Source: a virus (taxonomy: Duplodnaviria > Heunggongvirae > Uroviricota > Caudoviricetes). From it: a stretch of 64,000 nucleotides of DNA. The notes below the pieces were generated by a model, which saw only the letters and a program-made list of their open reading frames with translations, had not been told where the DNA came from and made no database searches. The translations under genes were made by a program, and so were the position numbers. The DNA is taken from the IMG/VR virus record IMGVR_UViG_3300009180_002437, one strand, 5' to 3'. This document shows positions 35,266 to 45,654 of this stretch, piece by piece. Each line of letters opens with the position of its first letter. The first letter of the stretch is position 1.

Positions 35266-38200
35266 TGAATTTGTTTAACCTGTTTGAAAATGACCGTTCG
35301 AGAAGAAATAAGGCACGTACTATCAGAGATCTATTCGACAGATGGACTAACAGTGAATACGCACCTTTCAATAGTGATTCCGGTGACCATAATGAAGTTA
35401 TACGTAAAGCAGCAAGTTTCTTACAGGATATTGTAGACCCCAGTCAAGTTGAAAGATTGTCACATAAATTAAGCGACTATTGGCATGGCGAAGATGGCAT
35501 GGAGTTAGATGAAAAGCTGGGCTCACAGTTGGTTAATCGTCGTCAAGCACACGCTCTTATCACCAAATTTAAAAGACATAGTTTTGGAGAAGGCGATGCA
35601 TCTGAATCAGAAGGTGCTGGTGTATTTGATGTTGGTGATCATGTACTGTTTAAAGGGCATTCGGCCGAGGTTATTGAGGTAGATGGAACAGCAGCCACTA
35701 TACGTGTTCCTAATTGGAAAAATGTTTCTGGTATGGTTGACGATACTACGGAAGTTGATCCTGCAAGTCATTTCTTAACACCCATAATGTCGGAAAGCGA
35801 CAGTGGGACAGTTGATATGACGGGTAAGAAATGTACTGCTTGTAAAAAAGGCACTTATCAAGAAACTAGTCAGCACGACGACATGGATGGGGTGCTACAT
35901 TGCACCAAGTGTCGCAAGGAAGTCAAGCGTCATCAGTCTGCTAAACCAAAAGAGAAAGGTGTGTCGGAAGGCAAAAAGGTAGATCGTTTTGTTGGGTATG
36001 TTGAAAAGAGCGAGGAAAAGGCCGGCAAGTCAAAGAAAGATGCCGAAAGCATTGCTTGGGCCACAGCCAACAAACGTGGTATGCTGGATAACAAGAATAA
36101 AAAAAAAGTTAAAGAAGATAGCATAGCTGATCAAGCAGCTAGAGATACACAGACTATGATGCAGGCATTCCAATCTGGACAAATGAAGCCCCAGGAGTTT
36201 GCACCTGGAGAAATCAAACCTTCTCAAATATATGGTCATCCCAAATGGCGAGAAACTATACAGGCTATGCTTAAAAAATATCCTAACAATCAAGAGCAAG
36301 GACGACAAGCTGCCGTAGATGCAATCAAACAAATGATCCAACAGGGAAATATTCAGGAAGGATTATCCAAAGAATTAGGTAAATGGATGAAATCCACATC
36401 TGGAAAAAGAATTTCGGAAGCAGGAGAATCAAACAATTATACTGCTAATGGATTTGTTGGATCCGACACTGGCGGCGGAGCATTTAGTGGATATAGAAGT
36501 CAACAGCGCCGGCCGACATGGTCGATCCAAGGCACCCCGCCACCTGCAATGCAATATCAAAAAGGTCCTGCGCCAGCTAATCCCCCTGAAATGCAATATC
36601 AAAAAGGTCCGGCTCCTGCCAGCAAAACTCCATTTAATTTCAGCGATTACGAATATGGCCCTGATAACACTACAATAGTCCCGAAGAAAAAGGCTGCACC
36701 GCCCGAGCCGAAAATAGATCAAACCTTTAGAGATAATCCTCCGGCCTATTTGCCTGACGTAGAAACTAAAGATCAGTTCAACCAGAGGACGCAGCAATGG
36801 CAGCAGAAGTTCGGCCCTCAACTGGGTGGTACTACTTCTGCGCCGGGGTACGAACAACCTGCACCTGGGAAAAAGGCACCAACTGACACTTCTGATCCAT
36901 TAGCAAAAAATAATTCACAATATGCTGTTCCTAATATGCCCAGTAGCCCAGTAGATACTACTAATCCATTAGCACCAAATAATTCACAATATGCTGCTCC
37001 TCCTAGCGTACCAACTCCTGCGCCACAGAGTGCTGCTCCGGCACCACAGAGTGCTGCTCCGGCACCACAGAGTGCTGCTCCGGCACCACAGAGTGCTGCT
37101 CCTGCACCACAAAAATCACGCCCAGGGTTGGCACCAGGTGCTGATCCGCAGGTTTATGATTGGCAACAAGAATTAAGAAAGAAGAATCCAGCACTCGTTG
37201 CAGACGGACTATGGGGTCCTGGTACAGATGCCGAAGCAAAACGACAACCTGACATTAAGCCGCCGGAGACAGCTAAACCAATGCCAGCTCAACCCGTGCC
37301 GCGTCAACAACCAGCACAACCAAAAACAACTGCACCTGAAGAACCTGCGCAACAAACTGGACCAGTTACTACAACAATCAGTTCAGACGAAGCTGAAAGA
37401 CGTAGACGCGAAGGCGGTGTCATGGCACCAAAAAGTGGCGCTGAGGACTATTTTAATCAACACTATAATCCGGACGGTACTGAAAAAGTACAACCTGCAC
37501 CAGTACGTCCTAAGCCTGCGCCGGCACGGCCGGCACCTGCTCCACAGCCGGCACAACCCGCACCAGTACGCCCTAGCCCTGCCCCACAGCAAGCACAACC
37601 TGCGCCACCAGTAAAGGCACAGCCTAGCCCTGAAATGGGGCAAGCGATGCCTGCGCCGGGGTACGAAGAGCCTGCACCTAGGAAAAAAGCACCACCTGAG
37701 TCGAAACTCGAATACTACCGCCGAACAGATCCCAAAGGATACGAACGCTATATGTACCTCCAAAACCTCAGCCAAACAGATCCCAAAGAATACGAACGCC
37801 AAATGCGACAATTAAATCCCCAAAATTACCCACCACAAACTGAGTCAAAGAATAACTCCAAGCCCAAGAGTATGAAACGTGCAGCCAATGACGCAACAGG
37901 TGCCAAGTTTGGTGGATACTATAAAGGTACACAAAAAGGTGCGCCACGACCAGGACAAGGTTTTGGCTCCATGGAAGAAGGTATCGCCGGCAACATGACA
38001 GTTCGTTCTGATACACTGACCAATTTAAAGAAACCTGAAGATTTGACCATGAAGACGGCGGATCCACTTAAAGGAAATCCTAACCGTAATGCATTGGTAA
38101 GCGCACAAGCAAGAAACCTTGTGGCCAAGGGTGCTCAGACAGCTGGTCCAGGAACAGGGGCTCATACAAATAAAGCTCTGGATGTTAAGAAAGGTGACTT

Positions 38201-38630
38201 CCGTAAAATGAAGCACAAAGGTTCTTTTGATTTTTCAGAATCAACTAACTTTTTAGCCTGGGCCATGGCATCTGGGTATAACGTTATTGGCAATCCAGCA
38301 GTATATGAATCTGCCAAGTACGAATACAATATGCTATTAGCAGAAGTAAAAAAAAAAGTTAAAGAAGCTGTAGATCCCAACGCAGCAGCACCAGCCGCTG
38401 CGCCTGCTGCACCTCCTGCTCCGCCGCCGCCTACACCCGACGACAATATTCCCGACCTAAAGCCGGGACAATATTTTGTTTGGCGTGTATATTTTGATGA
38501 TGGTACCAAAACACGTATGAAGATTACAGATCCCAAGTTTGATGTAAATAAATATTATGCTGATAAAAATATATCAGTGATTAATGTAGATTACAATTGG
38601 AAACCTAGAGGTAAAGCTAATGCAGTTTGA
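35265..38630 (+). CDS. 1121-aa low-complexity Pro/Ala/Gln-rich protein with a zinc ribbon and a PG_binding_1-like motif (possible ejected or internal virion protein)
   Basis: CTACKKGT...HCTKCRKE. LVADGLWGPGTDAEA. Many internal repeats (APQSAAP x5, DPLAKNNSQYA x2, APGYE.PAP.KKAP x2). Confidence 0.5.
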   Translation: MNLFNLFENDRSRRNKARTIRDLFDRWTNSEYAPFNSDSGDHNEVIRKAASFLQDIVDPSQVERLSHKLSDYWHGEDGMELDEKLGSQLVNRRQAHALITKFKRHSFGEGDASESEGAGVFDVGDHVLFKGHSAEVIEVDGTAATIRVPNWKNVSGMVDDTTEVDPASHFLTPIMSESDSGTVDMTGKKCTACKKGTYQETSQHDDMDGVLHCTKCRKEVKRHQSAKPKEKGVSEGKKVDRFVGYVEKSEEKAGKSKKDAESIAWATANKRGMLDNKNKKKVKEDSIADQAARDTQTMMQAFQSGQMKPQEFAPGEIKPSQIYGHPKWRETIQAMLKKYPNNQEQGRQAAVDAIKQMIQQGNIQEGLSKELGKWMKSTSGKRISEAGESNNYTANGFVGSDTGGGAFSGYRSQQRRPTWSIQGTPPPAMQYQKGPAPANPPEMQYQKGPAPASKTPFNFSDYEYGPDNTTIVPKKKAAPPEPKIDQTFRDNPPAYLPDVETKDQFNQRTQQWQQKFGPQLGGTTSAPGYEQPAPGKKAPTDTSDPLAKNNSQYAVPNMPSSPVDTTNPLAPNNSQYAAPPSVPTPAPQSAAPAPQSAAPAPQSAAPAPQSAAPAPQKSRPGLAPGADPQVYDWQQELRKKNPALVADGLWGPGTDAEAKRQPDIKPPETAKPMPAQPVPRQQPAQPKTTAPEEPAQQTGPVTTTISSDEAERRRREGGVMAPKSGAEDYFNQHYNPDGTEKVQPAPVRPKPAPARPAPAPQPAQPAPVRPSPAPQQAQPAPPVKAQPSPEMGQAMPAPGYEEPAPRKKAPPESKLEYYRRTDPKGYERYMYLQNLSQTDPKEYERQMRQLNPQNYPPQTESKNNSKPKSMKRAANDATGAKFGGYYKGTQKGAPRPGQGFGSMEEGIAGNMTVRSDTLTNLKKPEDLTMKTADPLKGNPNRNALVSAQARNLVAKGAQTAGPGTGAHTNKALDVKKGDFRKMKHKGSFDFSESTNFLAWAMASGYNVIGNPAVYESAKYEYNMLLAEVKKKVKEAVDPNAAAPAAAPAAPPAPPPPTPDDNIPDLKPGQYFVWRVYFDDGTKTRMKITDPKFDVNKYYADKNISVINVDYNWKPRGKANAV
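37018..37122. repeat. 21-bp perfect tandem repeat, 5 copies (gcaccacagagtgctgctccg; APQSAAP)
   Basis: Seen directly in the sequence. It generates spurious ORFs on both strands. Confidence 0.85.
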
Positions 38631-38739
38631 TAACGAGTATCCAGTATATCCCGAACAACAGGAAGGTGACGACAGTGATTACAAGCGTAATCCATACGCA
38701 CCTACCTGAATAGACAGACGTTACGGCGACAAATAACCT

Positions 38740-39294
38740 ATGCATATACACGAAATTATTACAGAAACAGAAGATATCAGTCGACAATTAACCCAAGCAC
38801 AGTTTATGCAAGGGCAATGTGCTGTATTAGCCCTCACGATACATAACATTGATTTCTGGAGGTATCAATTGGGATTTATTTACGAATTCTTTGATGAGAT
38901 GCCAGACATATACTTAGATCCTGACGAATTTGCAGCATTAGATCCACATATGCAACAAAGTATAAAAACCGATGATCGACATTGGGCGTTGACTCACGCT
39001 TATGTAATGGATTCTCGAACAGGGGAGTACATAGATGCAACAGGGCGACACAAAAATCCCCCTGATATTGGATATGGATTTAATGCCACACGGCACAATA
39101 AATTTCCTGCAGAGAGTGTAGACTTGGTAAGAGTCAGTACCCATATGGAGTGGGACGAGCAAAAAGAAGAGTGGATTATACTACGTGGGTGGGACGCTCT
39201 TGATAAAGTATACACCCCCGAAAATAAACAAAAAGCCCGAGAATACGCTATTAAGTATTTGGGGGTTAAAGACCCTGCCTTAGGGACCGTTTGA
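38740..39294 (+). CDS. hypothetical protein
   Basis: A 184-aa ORF. Confidence 0.35.
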   Translation: MHIHEIITETEDISRQLTQAQFMQGQCAVLALTIHNIDFWRYQLGFIYEFFDEMPDIYLDPDEFAALDPHMQQSIKTDDRHWALTHAYVMDSRTGEYIDATGRHKNPPDIGYGFNATRHNKFPAESVDLVRVSTHMEWDEQKEEWIILRGWDALDKVYTPENKQKAREYAIKYLGVKDPALGTV

Positions 39295-39327
39295 TGCTGC
39301 GGTAAAGGCGTCCGTGCAATTGAACTG

Positions 39328-39366
39328 CCCCGCGTAGTGGGCGGGGGATAAAGTAACCCCCATTTT
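39328..39366 (+). terminator. GC-rich hairpins (CCCCGC/GCGGGG and GGGGG/CCCCC) followed by ATTTT; possible terminator
   Basis: Seen in the intergenic region after 39294. Confidence 0.4.
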
Positions 39367-39376
39367 ACCATTACTC

Positions 39377-39404
39377 TTGTTTAATATAGCGATTAATGTA
39401 TAAT
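39377..39404 (+). promoter_or_regulatory. sigma70-type promoter TTGTTT-16-TATAAT
   Basis: TATAAT at 39399-39404. Confidence 0.45.
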
Positions 39405-39426
39405 ATATTTTTAACAAGGAACTATT

Positions 39427-39687
39427 ATGTCAGACAGAATCTTTTCAGGCGAAGCTACTAAAAAACTCGAATCAATGATTAACGAGGGTATGGCAGTTAT
39501 GCAGGAAATCGAAACACTTACCGGTGGATTGAATGACACCATTAAAGCCGTAGCAGAAGAATTGGAAATTAAACCCGGTATCCTTAAAAAGGCAATTCGG
39601 TTAGCACACAAATCTGAATTTGGCCGCGAACAGCAGGATCATGAATTGTTGGAAACTATCCTAACACAGGTCGGGAAAACTCTTTAA
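39427..39687 (+). CDS. hypothetical protein
   Basis: An 86-aa ORF with Shine-Dalgarno site aagga. Its stop abuts the polymerase GTG start. Confidence 0.4.
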   Translation: MSDRIFSGEATKKLESMINEGMAVMQEIETLTGGLNDTIKAVAEELEIKPGILKKAIRLAHKSEFGREQQDHELLETILTQVGKTL

Positions 39688-42348
39688 GTGAGTTATGTAG
39701 ACGCATTATATTCCCGCGACGCGGATCGTATACATATTGTAGAACGTGTTGATGGTAAAAGAGTATACAAAGAATATCCAGCCAATCACATATTTTATTA
39801 TGATGATCCCCGTGGTAAGTTCCAGTCAATATATGGAACTTCTGTGGCTCGTTTCTCCAGCCGGAACTTAAAAGAGTTTCGTAGGGAAGTGGCGGTGCAA
39901 AAAGGTCGGCAACTTTACGAATCCGATATTAACCCCGTGTTCCGTTGTCTGGAAGAAAACTATAAAGACAAAGATGCGCCAACACTACACGCAGCGTTTT
40001 TCGATATTGAGGTAGACTTCCACAAAGAACGAGGATACAGTCCTACGTCAGATCCATTTAATGCTATTACCGCAATATCAGTCTATCTGCAATGGATAGA
40101 TCAATTGGTCACCTTGGTTATTCCACCAAAACACATGAGCATGGAGACAGCACAGGAGATAGCATCGGAATTTGAAAACACTATTGTATTTGATAGTGAG
40201 GAGGAGATGCTAAAAACTTTCCTGGATCTAATTGAAGATGCAGATGTACTGTCAGGTTGGAATAGCGAGGGCTATGATATTCCCTACACAGTGAATCGTA
40301 TTACTCGTGTGTTGAGTAAGGACGACACTCGTAGGTTCTGTCTTTGGGGACAATATCCCAAGCCACGCGACTACGAACGCTATGGCACTACCAGCACAAC
40401 ATATGATTTAATTGGGCGGGTACATTTGGATTATATGCAGTTGTATATACAATATACATATGAGGAACGACATAGTTATAGTCTGGATGCTATTGCTGAG
40501 TATGAGTTAAACGAACACAAGACACAATACGAAGGAACACTGGATCAACTGTATAATCAAAACTTTAAAAAGTTTATTGAATATAACAGACAGGATACAA
40601 TGATCCTGAATAAACTTGACACCAAGTTACGCTTCTTGGACCTAGCCAATGAACTAGCACACGCTAACACAGTAACTCTGCAGAAGACCATGAGTGCAGT
40701 GGCGGTGACGGAACAGGCTATTATCAATGAAGCACATGAGCGTGGATTGGTCGTTCCCAATAAGAAACAACGATTACACGATGAGGATACTGCCGCGGCG
40801 GCAGGTGCTTATGTTGCGTATCCTAAAAAAGGTATACACGAATGGATTGGTGCTGTGGATATTAACAGTCTGTATCCATCAGCTATTCGTGCGTTGAATA
40901 TGGGAATGGAAACGGTAATTGGTCAATTACGTCCGGTAATGACCGATCGATATCTTGATGATCTTATCAGTCAGGGAAAATCTGCAACAGCAGCATGGGA
41001 AGGTATATTTGCATCGTTAGAATATACTGCGGTGATGGAACAGCAACGCGGTACTGAGATCACTGTAGACTGGCAGAATGGTGAGAAGTCCGTACACTCG
41101 GCTGCTGAGATCTGGAACATGGTGTTTAACAGTAACCAACCCTGGATACTGACTGCTAATGGTACCATTGTCACTTATGAGCGCAAGGGTGTTGTCCCGG
41201 GACTGCTGGAGCGGTGGTATGCTGAACGTAAAGAACTACAGGCCAAGAAGAAAGCAGCTACCGATCCAAAAGAAATAGCATTTTGGGATAAGCGTCAGTT
41301 GGTTAAGAAAATTAACCTAAACAGCTTATATGGTGCTATTCTTAATCAACATTGTCGGTTCTTTGACAAGCGTATTGGACAGTCAACTACGCTGACTGGT
41401 CGTAGTATTGCTCGTCATATGGCCGGTCATATCAATGAATGTATCATGGGTGTTAAGGATCATGTAGGCGAAGCCATCGTATATGGTGATACAGACTCAT
41501 GTTACTTTACTGCTTGGCCCGCGATTAAAGACGACGTAGCTAAGGGCGCAATGACCTGGAACAAGGACATGTGTATACAGTTATATGATAATATTGCTGA
41601 TCAAGTTAACGAATCATTTCCAGCATTTATGGAACAGGCATTCCACTGCCCGCGAGAGATGGGCGAACTGATCAAAGCAGGGCGCGAGCTGGTGGCATCT
41701 AACAGTTTGTTTATTACCAAGAAACGCTATGCTGTGTTGATCTATGACCTTGAAGGTAAACGATTGGATACCGATGGTAATCCTGGAAAGATTAAGGCCA
41801 TGGGATTGGATCTAAAAAGATCAGATACTCCTAAAGTGGTGCAGGAGTTCTTGTATGAGATTCTGGAAAAGGTCTTGACGGGTACATCACGTGATGATAT
41901 TATTGAAAGAATACGAGAATTTAAATATGCGTTTAAAGATAGACCAGCTTGGGAAAAAGGCACTCCTAAACGTGTTAACAATCTAACTACATACACCAAG
42001 AAAGAAGAAGCTGCGGGTAAGGCTAATCTTCCCGGTCATGTTCGTGCAGCATTAAATTGGAATAATCTGCGCAGAATGAACAGCGACAAATATAGTATGC
42101 AGATCGTTGATGGTATGAAAACTGTGGTGTGCAAACTAAAGGCTAATCCACTAGGTTGGACTAGTATTGGTTATCCTACAGATGAACAACGCTTGCCCGA
42201 ATGGTTTAAGGAATTGCCATTTGACCACAGTTTAATGGAAGCCACAATTGTAGATCAAAAGATCGATAACCTGCTAAGTGTACTAAACTGGGATCTAGCA
42301 AGTGCCACTAACACAGAAAATACTTTCCAATCACTATTTGAGTTTTAA
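39688..42348 (+). CDS. family-B DNA polymerase with 3'-5' exonuclease domain
   Basis: Exo I FFDIEVDF and Exo II YNRQDTMIL. Pol motif A DINSLYPSAI, motif B KINLNSLYGAI, motif C YGDTDS. GTG start immediately after the upstream TAA. Confidence 0.85.
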   Translation: MSYVDALYSRDADRIHIVERVDGKRVYKEYPANHIFYYDDPRGKFQSIYGTSVARFSSRNLKEFRREVAVQKGRQLYESDINPVFRCLEENYKDKDAPTLHAAFFDIEVDFHKERGYSPTSDPFNAITAISVYLQWIDQLVTLVIPPKHMSMETAQEIASEFENTIVFDSEEEMLKTFLDLIEDADVLSGWNSEGYDIPYTVNRITRVLSKDDTRRFCLWGQYPKPRDYERYGTTSTTYDLIGRVHLDYMQLYIQYTYEERHSYSLDAIAEYELNEHKTQYEGTLDQLYNQNFKKFIEYNRQDTMILNKLDTKLRFLDLANELAHANTVTLQKTMSAVAVTEQAIINEAHERGLVVPNKKQRLHDEDTAAAAGAYVAYPKKGIHEWIGAVDINSLYPSAIRALNMGMETVIGQLRPVMTDRYLDDLISQGKSATAAWEGIFASLEYTAVMEQQRGTEITVDWQNGEKSVHSAAEIWNMVFNSNQPWILTANGTIVTYERKGVVPGLLERWYAERKELQAKKKAATDPKEIAFWDKRQLVKKINLNSLYGAILNQHCRFFDKRIGQSTTLTGRSIARHMAGHINECIMGVKDHVGEAIVYGDTDSCYFTAWPAIKDDVAKGAMTWNKDMCIQLYDNIADQVNESFPAFMEQAFHCPREMGELIKAGRELVASNSLFITKKRYAVLIYDLEGKRLDTDGNPGKIKAMGLDLKRSDTPKVVQEFLYEILEKVLTGTSRDDIIERIREFKYAFKDRPAWEKGTPKRVNNLTTYTKKEEAAGKANLPGHVRAALNWNNLRRMNSDKYSMQIVDGMKTVVCKLKANPLGWTSIGYPTDEQRLPEWFKELPFDHSLMEATIVDQKIDNLLSVLNWDLASATNTENTFQSLFEF

Positions 42349-43275
42349 ATGACAGTAACGGAATTAGTACATTTTAAAAATCAACTGGATAAGCTGTCGG
42401 TTCCGCCTATACTAGAGAAGGCGGATATCGCTTTACAAGAATTTTCTCATGTAATGTCCGTGCATTCGTCTACTGATGTCGATAAGATTATCAACAGCCA
42501 TGCAGCTATCAAAGAAGCATTTAATTCTTTTGACAATGAATTAGCTGAGATTAAACGCAACTTAAAAAGCAACATTGAAGAAGCGGAACGAGTATTATTT
42601 CAACAAAGCTATAGAGCATACCATGATGAAAGTATCTACGATGCGCACCATATTCTAGGTAGGCGTTGGCAACCCGATATTAATCTTGAATTGTTTTATT
42701 CTAGAGTTAAGAAAACAGTGGATTGGCATTATCCCGCTATGATTTTCCGCCCGGGATTTGCCAACTTCATTGATGATATGGTGGGATACGATCCCTTATA
42801 TCTCGTTGAAGTTAGCCATCAATTTTTAGAACCAGTATTAACGAAATTTAACCCGCAATATCAGAGAAGACTGCGTCCATATATTATTAAAGAACACACT
42901 GACGATCCGCTGCTAGACCGATTGCCCAACGAACAGTTTGGTGTAATTGTAGGGTGTCACTTTTTTAACTTTAGGCCCCTGGAAGTGATTAAGAAATACC
43001 TGTCGGAAATTTATACCAAATTAAGACCAGGTGGTGTGTTTATGCTGACGTTCAATGACTGCGATCGTTGGCCAGCAGTAAAATTAGTGGAAGAAAAGAA
43101 AGACGGCAGTTATACACCCGGTAGTTTAGTTTTTGAATTGGCAAAATCCATGGGGTATACTATAGATTATTGCTGGCATGATGAAGGTCCACAGACCTGG
43201 CTTGAATTACGCAAACCCGGTATGTTATCATCGCTGAGAGGCGGACAGACTTTGGCAAAAATAATTTCAAAATAG
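42349..43275 (+). CDS. hypothetical protein (weak class-I SAM methyltransferase-like LRPGGVF motif)
   Basis: A 308-aa ORF. Confidence 0.3.
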   Translation: MTVTELVHFKNQLDKLSVPPILEKADIALQEFSHVMSVHSSTDVDKIINSHAAIKEAFNSFDNELAEIKRNLKSNIEEAERVLFQQSYRAYHDESIYDAHHILGRRWQPDINLELFYSRVKKTVDWHYPAMIFRPGFANFIDDMVGYDPLYLVEVSHQFLEPVLTKFNPQYQRRLRPYIIKEHTDDPLLDRLPNEQFGVIVGCHFFNFRPLEVIKKYLSEIYTKLRPGGVFMLTFNDCDRWPAVKLVEEKKDGSYTPGSLVFELAKSMGYTIDYCWHDEGPQTWLELRKPGMLSSLRGGQTLAKIISK

Positions 43276-43305
43276 TTGCAAGGTCTAAATACAATCTGTT
43301 ATACT
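43276..43305 (+). promoter_or_regulatory. sigma70-type promoter TTGCAA-18-TATACT
   Basis: Seen upstream of the 43330 gene. Confidence 0.35.
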
Positions 43306-43329
43306 ACATTTATTATAAAAGGAAATAAA

Positions 43330-44052
43330 ATGCGAGATCATCTATTAGATTTAATCAGTCACATTCATGCATTGGGCGGCATCGACCAGCTAAGAATTTC
43401 AGGTACAGACACAGAAACAAATTTCAACGCTATTGCTGACGATCGTTCGGTGGTAATTGACGGTATGTTTATTAATCCCGTAGCAGACTTCATGGGCACA
43501 TTTGGTATGCCCAATTTGAAGAAACTTAGTATTCTATTGAACTTAAAAGAATACCAAGAAGGTGCTAAGTTAACTATGAGCCGCAAAGATACCGGAGCCC
43601 CGGATCAACTGACTTTTGTAAACACCAACGGTGACTTTAAAAACAGCTATCGTTTTATGGCAGAAGCCCTGGCTAATGAAAAGATCAAACCTCCCAAGTT
43701 TAAAGACGTTACCTGGAACGTTGAATTTGAACCTAGTGCTGCTGCTATTCTGCGTTTAAAGATGCAAGCGTCAGCTAACGAAGAAGAAAATACATTCCAA
43801 GCTAAAGTTGAAGATGGGGATCTGAAGTTTTACTTTGGTGACCATAGCTCACACGCTGGTAACTTTGTATTCCAACCTGATGTAGGTGGTGATATCAAAC
43901 GTGCATGGCAATGGCCCGTTAAGACAGTTATTGGCATTTTGGATTTAGCTGGTGACAAAATTATGCGTATTAGCGATGGCGGTGCTACACAAATCATTGT
44001 TAACTCTGGTTTGGCAATCTATACTTTCATTATTCCAGCGCAGACAAAGTAA
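43330..44052 (+). CDS. possible sliding clamp (gp45-like); otherwise hypothetical
   Basis: ATG at 43330 with AAAGGAAAT Shine-Dalgarno site. The 240-aa length and segmental resemblance to T4 gp45 (..NLKKLSILLNL.., ..EENTF..) support only a weak call. Confidence 0.35.
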   Translation: MRDHLLDLISHIHALGGIDQLRISGTDTETNFNAIADDRSVVIDGMFINPVADFMGTFGMPNLKKLSILLNLKEYQEGAKLTMSRKDTGAPDQLTFVNTNGDFKNSYRFMAEALANEKIKPPKFKDVTWNVEFEPSAAAILRLKMQASANEEENTFQAKVEDGDLKFYFGDHSSHAGNFVFQPDVGGDIKRAWQWPVKTVIGILDLAGDKIMRISDGGATQIIVNSGLAIYTFIIPAQTK

Positions 44053-44055
44053 TCA

Positions 44056-45654
44056 ATGACTCAAGATAACCTTACCGCCAAACAACTGGACTATGCGATT
44101 TTTCTTCCTGCATTGTCGGGTTTTTACTCCAGCTATATAGGCAAACAACGTGGCGGCGTTCACGTTGAACCTGCTCGTATGCCCGCCAATATCCAGGATA
44201 TGGAGATGCTTAATTGGCTCAACGACCAAAAGGCATTGTTCCCATATAAATGGAGTCTGTACTCCGCGGGGCATGCCAATTTAGATATCAATAAACAGGA
44301 CTGGGCCGAAGACATGGTGCGTAATCGTGATCCCAATACATTCCTGTTGGGTGATTCAGGCGGGTTCCAGATCGGCAAAGGTCGATGGGAAGGTGACTGG
44401 AAAAATCCTGCATGTCCCAAAGCAAAACAAAAACGTGAGCAAGTTCTTGCCTGGATGGATGCGTATATGGACTATGGCATGGTACTGGATGTGCCTACAT
44501 GGATTACCAACTTTCCCAATAGTCGCAAGGTCACTGGTATCAATACATATCAAGACGCTGTTGATGCTACGTATATTAATAATGAATATTTTATTGCCAA
44601 TCGTTCGGGCAAATGTAAATTTTTAAATGTACTACAGGGTGGCAATCAAACAGACGCACACAAGTGGTATAACACCATGAAGAAGTATTGTGATCCAAAA
44701 CAATATCCCGGCAAACATTTTAATGGCTGGGCACTGGGCGGACAACATACGTCTGATATTGAACTGGTATTAAAAAGAATAGTTACACTTAGGTTTGAAG
44801 GATTGCTTGAAGAAGGTCTACATGACTGGATGCACTTCCTGGGTATTGGTAGACTTGAGTGGGCGTTGATGTTGACCGACATTCAACGTGCTGTTCGTAA
44901 ATATCACAATCCAAACTTTACTGTTAGCTTTGACTGTGCAAGTCCATTCTTGGCTACTGCCAATGGACAAGTATATCATCAAATTGATATTCAGGATAGG
45001 AAGAAGTGGTGCTATCGCATGAGTCCTATTGTTGACAATAAAAAGTACGCGACTGACACACGCACATATCGTGATGCGGTGCTACAAGATGGCCTAATAA
45101 AACACTTTGACGAGAGCCCAATGAGTGCAAACTTCCTGGTTAAAGATATCTGTTACTATAAAGATGGAGTTCCTAAAACTCCGGCTGAATTGGGAACGGA
45201 AACTTTTGATCCAGCTAATCCAGCACATTACACAGTGATGCCTGATCTAAATAAAATAGGCAAGATAGGTAGAACAAGTTGGGACTCGTTTAGCTATGCA
45301 TTGCTAATGGGACACAATGTCTGGACTCATATTGAATCTGTGCAGCGTTCCAATCGTGAGTATGATGCTGGAATTTGTCCCACTATGCTGGTAGAAGAAA
45401 AGTTTGAACAGCTATATTTCAGAGATTTAGTAGATGCCATATTTTCTATTGACAATTTAGAAGATGCTCTTGCTTTCATTGACTATCATGATAAATTTTG
45501 GCAACGGTTCGTTGGCACTAAAGGCGCTACTGGAAAGAAAACTGTTAATTCACGTACTATGTTTGATGCGTTATTTGAAATCCCCGATTATACGCAAGTA
45601 GATGAATCTGAACTGGATGAGTCTAAACTTGAAGATCTGGAAAAATCCGCATGA
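44056..45654 (+). CDS. dpdA: TGT-family protein, DpdA-like 7-deazaguanine DNA transglycosylase
   Basis: LLGDSGGFQIG (the TGT DSGGFQ motif), GMVLDVPTW, FLNVLQGG, WALGGQ, and VSFDCASPF (the catalytic Asp region D-x-FDC). Confidence 0.75.
   Translation: MTQDNLTAKQLDYAIFLPALSGFYSSYIGKQRGGVHVEPARMPANIQDMEMLNWLNDQKALFPYKWSLYSAGHANLDINKQDWAEDMVRNRDPNTFLLGDSGGFQIGKGRWEGDWKNPACPKAKQKREQVLAWMDAYMDYGMVLDVPTWITNFPNSRKVTGINTYQDAVDATYINNEYFIANRSGKCKFLNVLQGGNQTDAHKWYNTMKKYCDPKQYPGKHFNGWALGGQHTSDIELVLKRIVTLRFEGLLEEGLHDWMHFLGIGRLEWALMLTDIQRAVRKYHNPNFTVSFDCASPFLATANGQVYHQIDIQDRKKWCYRMSPIVDNKKYATDTRTYRDAVLQDGLIKHFDESPMSANFLVKDICYYKDGVPKTPAELGTETFDPANPAHYTVMPDLNKIGKIGRTSWDSFSYALLMGHNVWTHIESVQRSNREYDAGICPTMLVEEKFEQLYFRDLVDAIFSIDNLEDALAFIDYHDKFWQRFVGTKGATGKKTVNSRTMFDALFEIPDYTQVDESELDESKLEDLEKSA

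Noticed and set aside
37018-37122. Possible CRISPR array
   Set aside because: The 21-bp units are contiguous with no spacers, they are in-frame coding sequence for APQSAAP, and no cas genes are present. It is a coding microsatellite.
36991-37239. ORFs 36991..37176 (+) and 37003..37239 (-) encoding HRVLLRH repeats
   Set aside because: They are produced purely by the 21-bp tandem repeat inside the 35265-38630 gene and are not independent genes.
38621-38710. 29-aa ORF overlapping the stop of the 1121-aa gene
   Set aside because: It is a +1-frame overlap with no ribosome-binding site and is too short to support.
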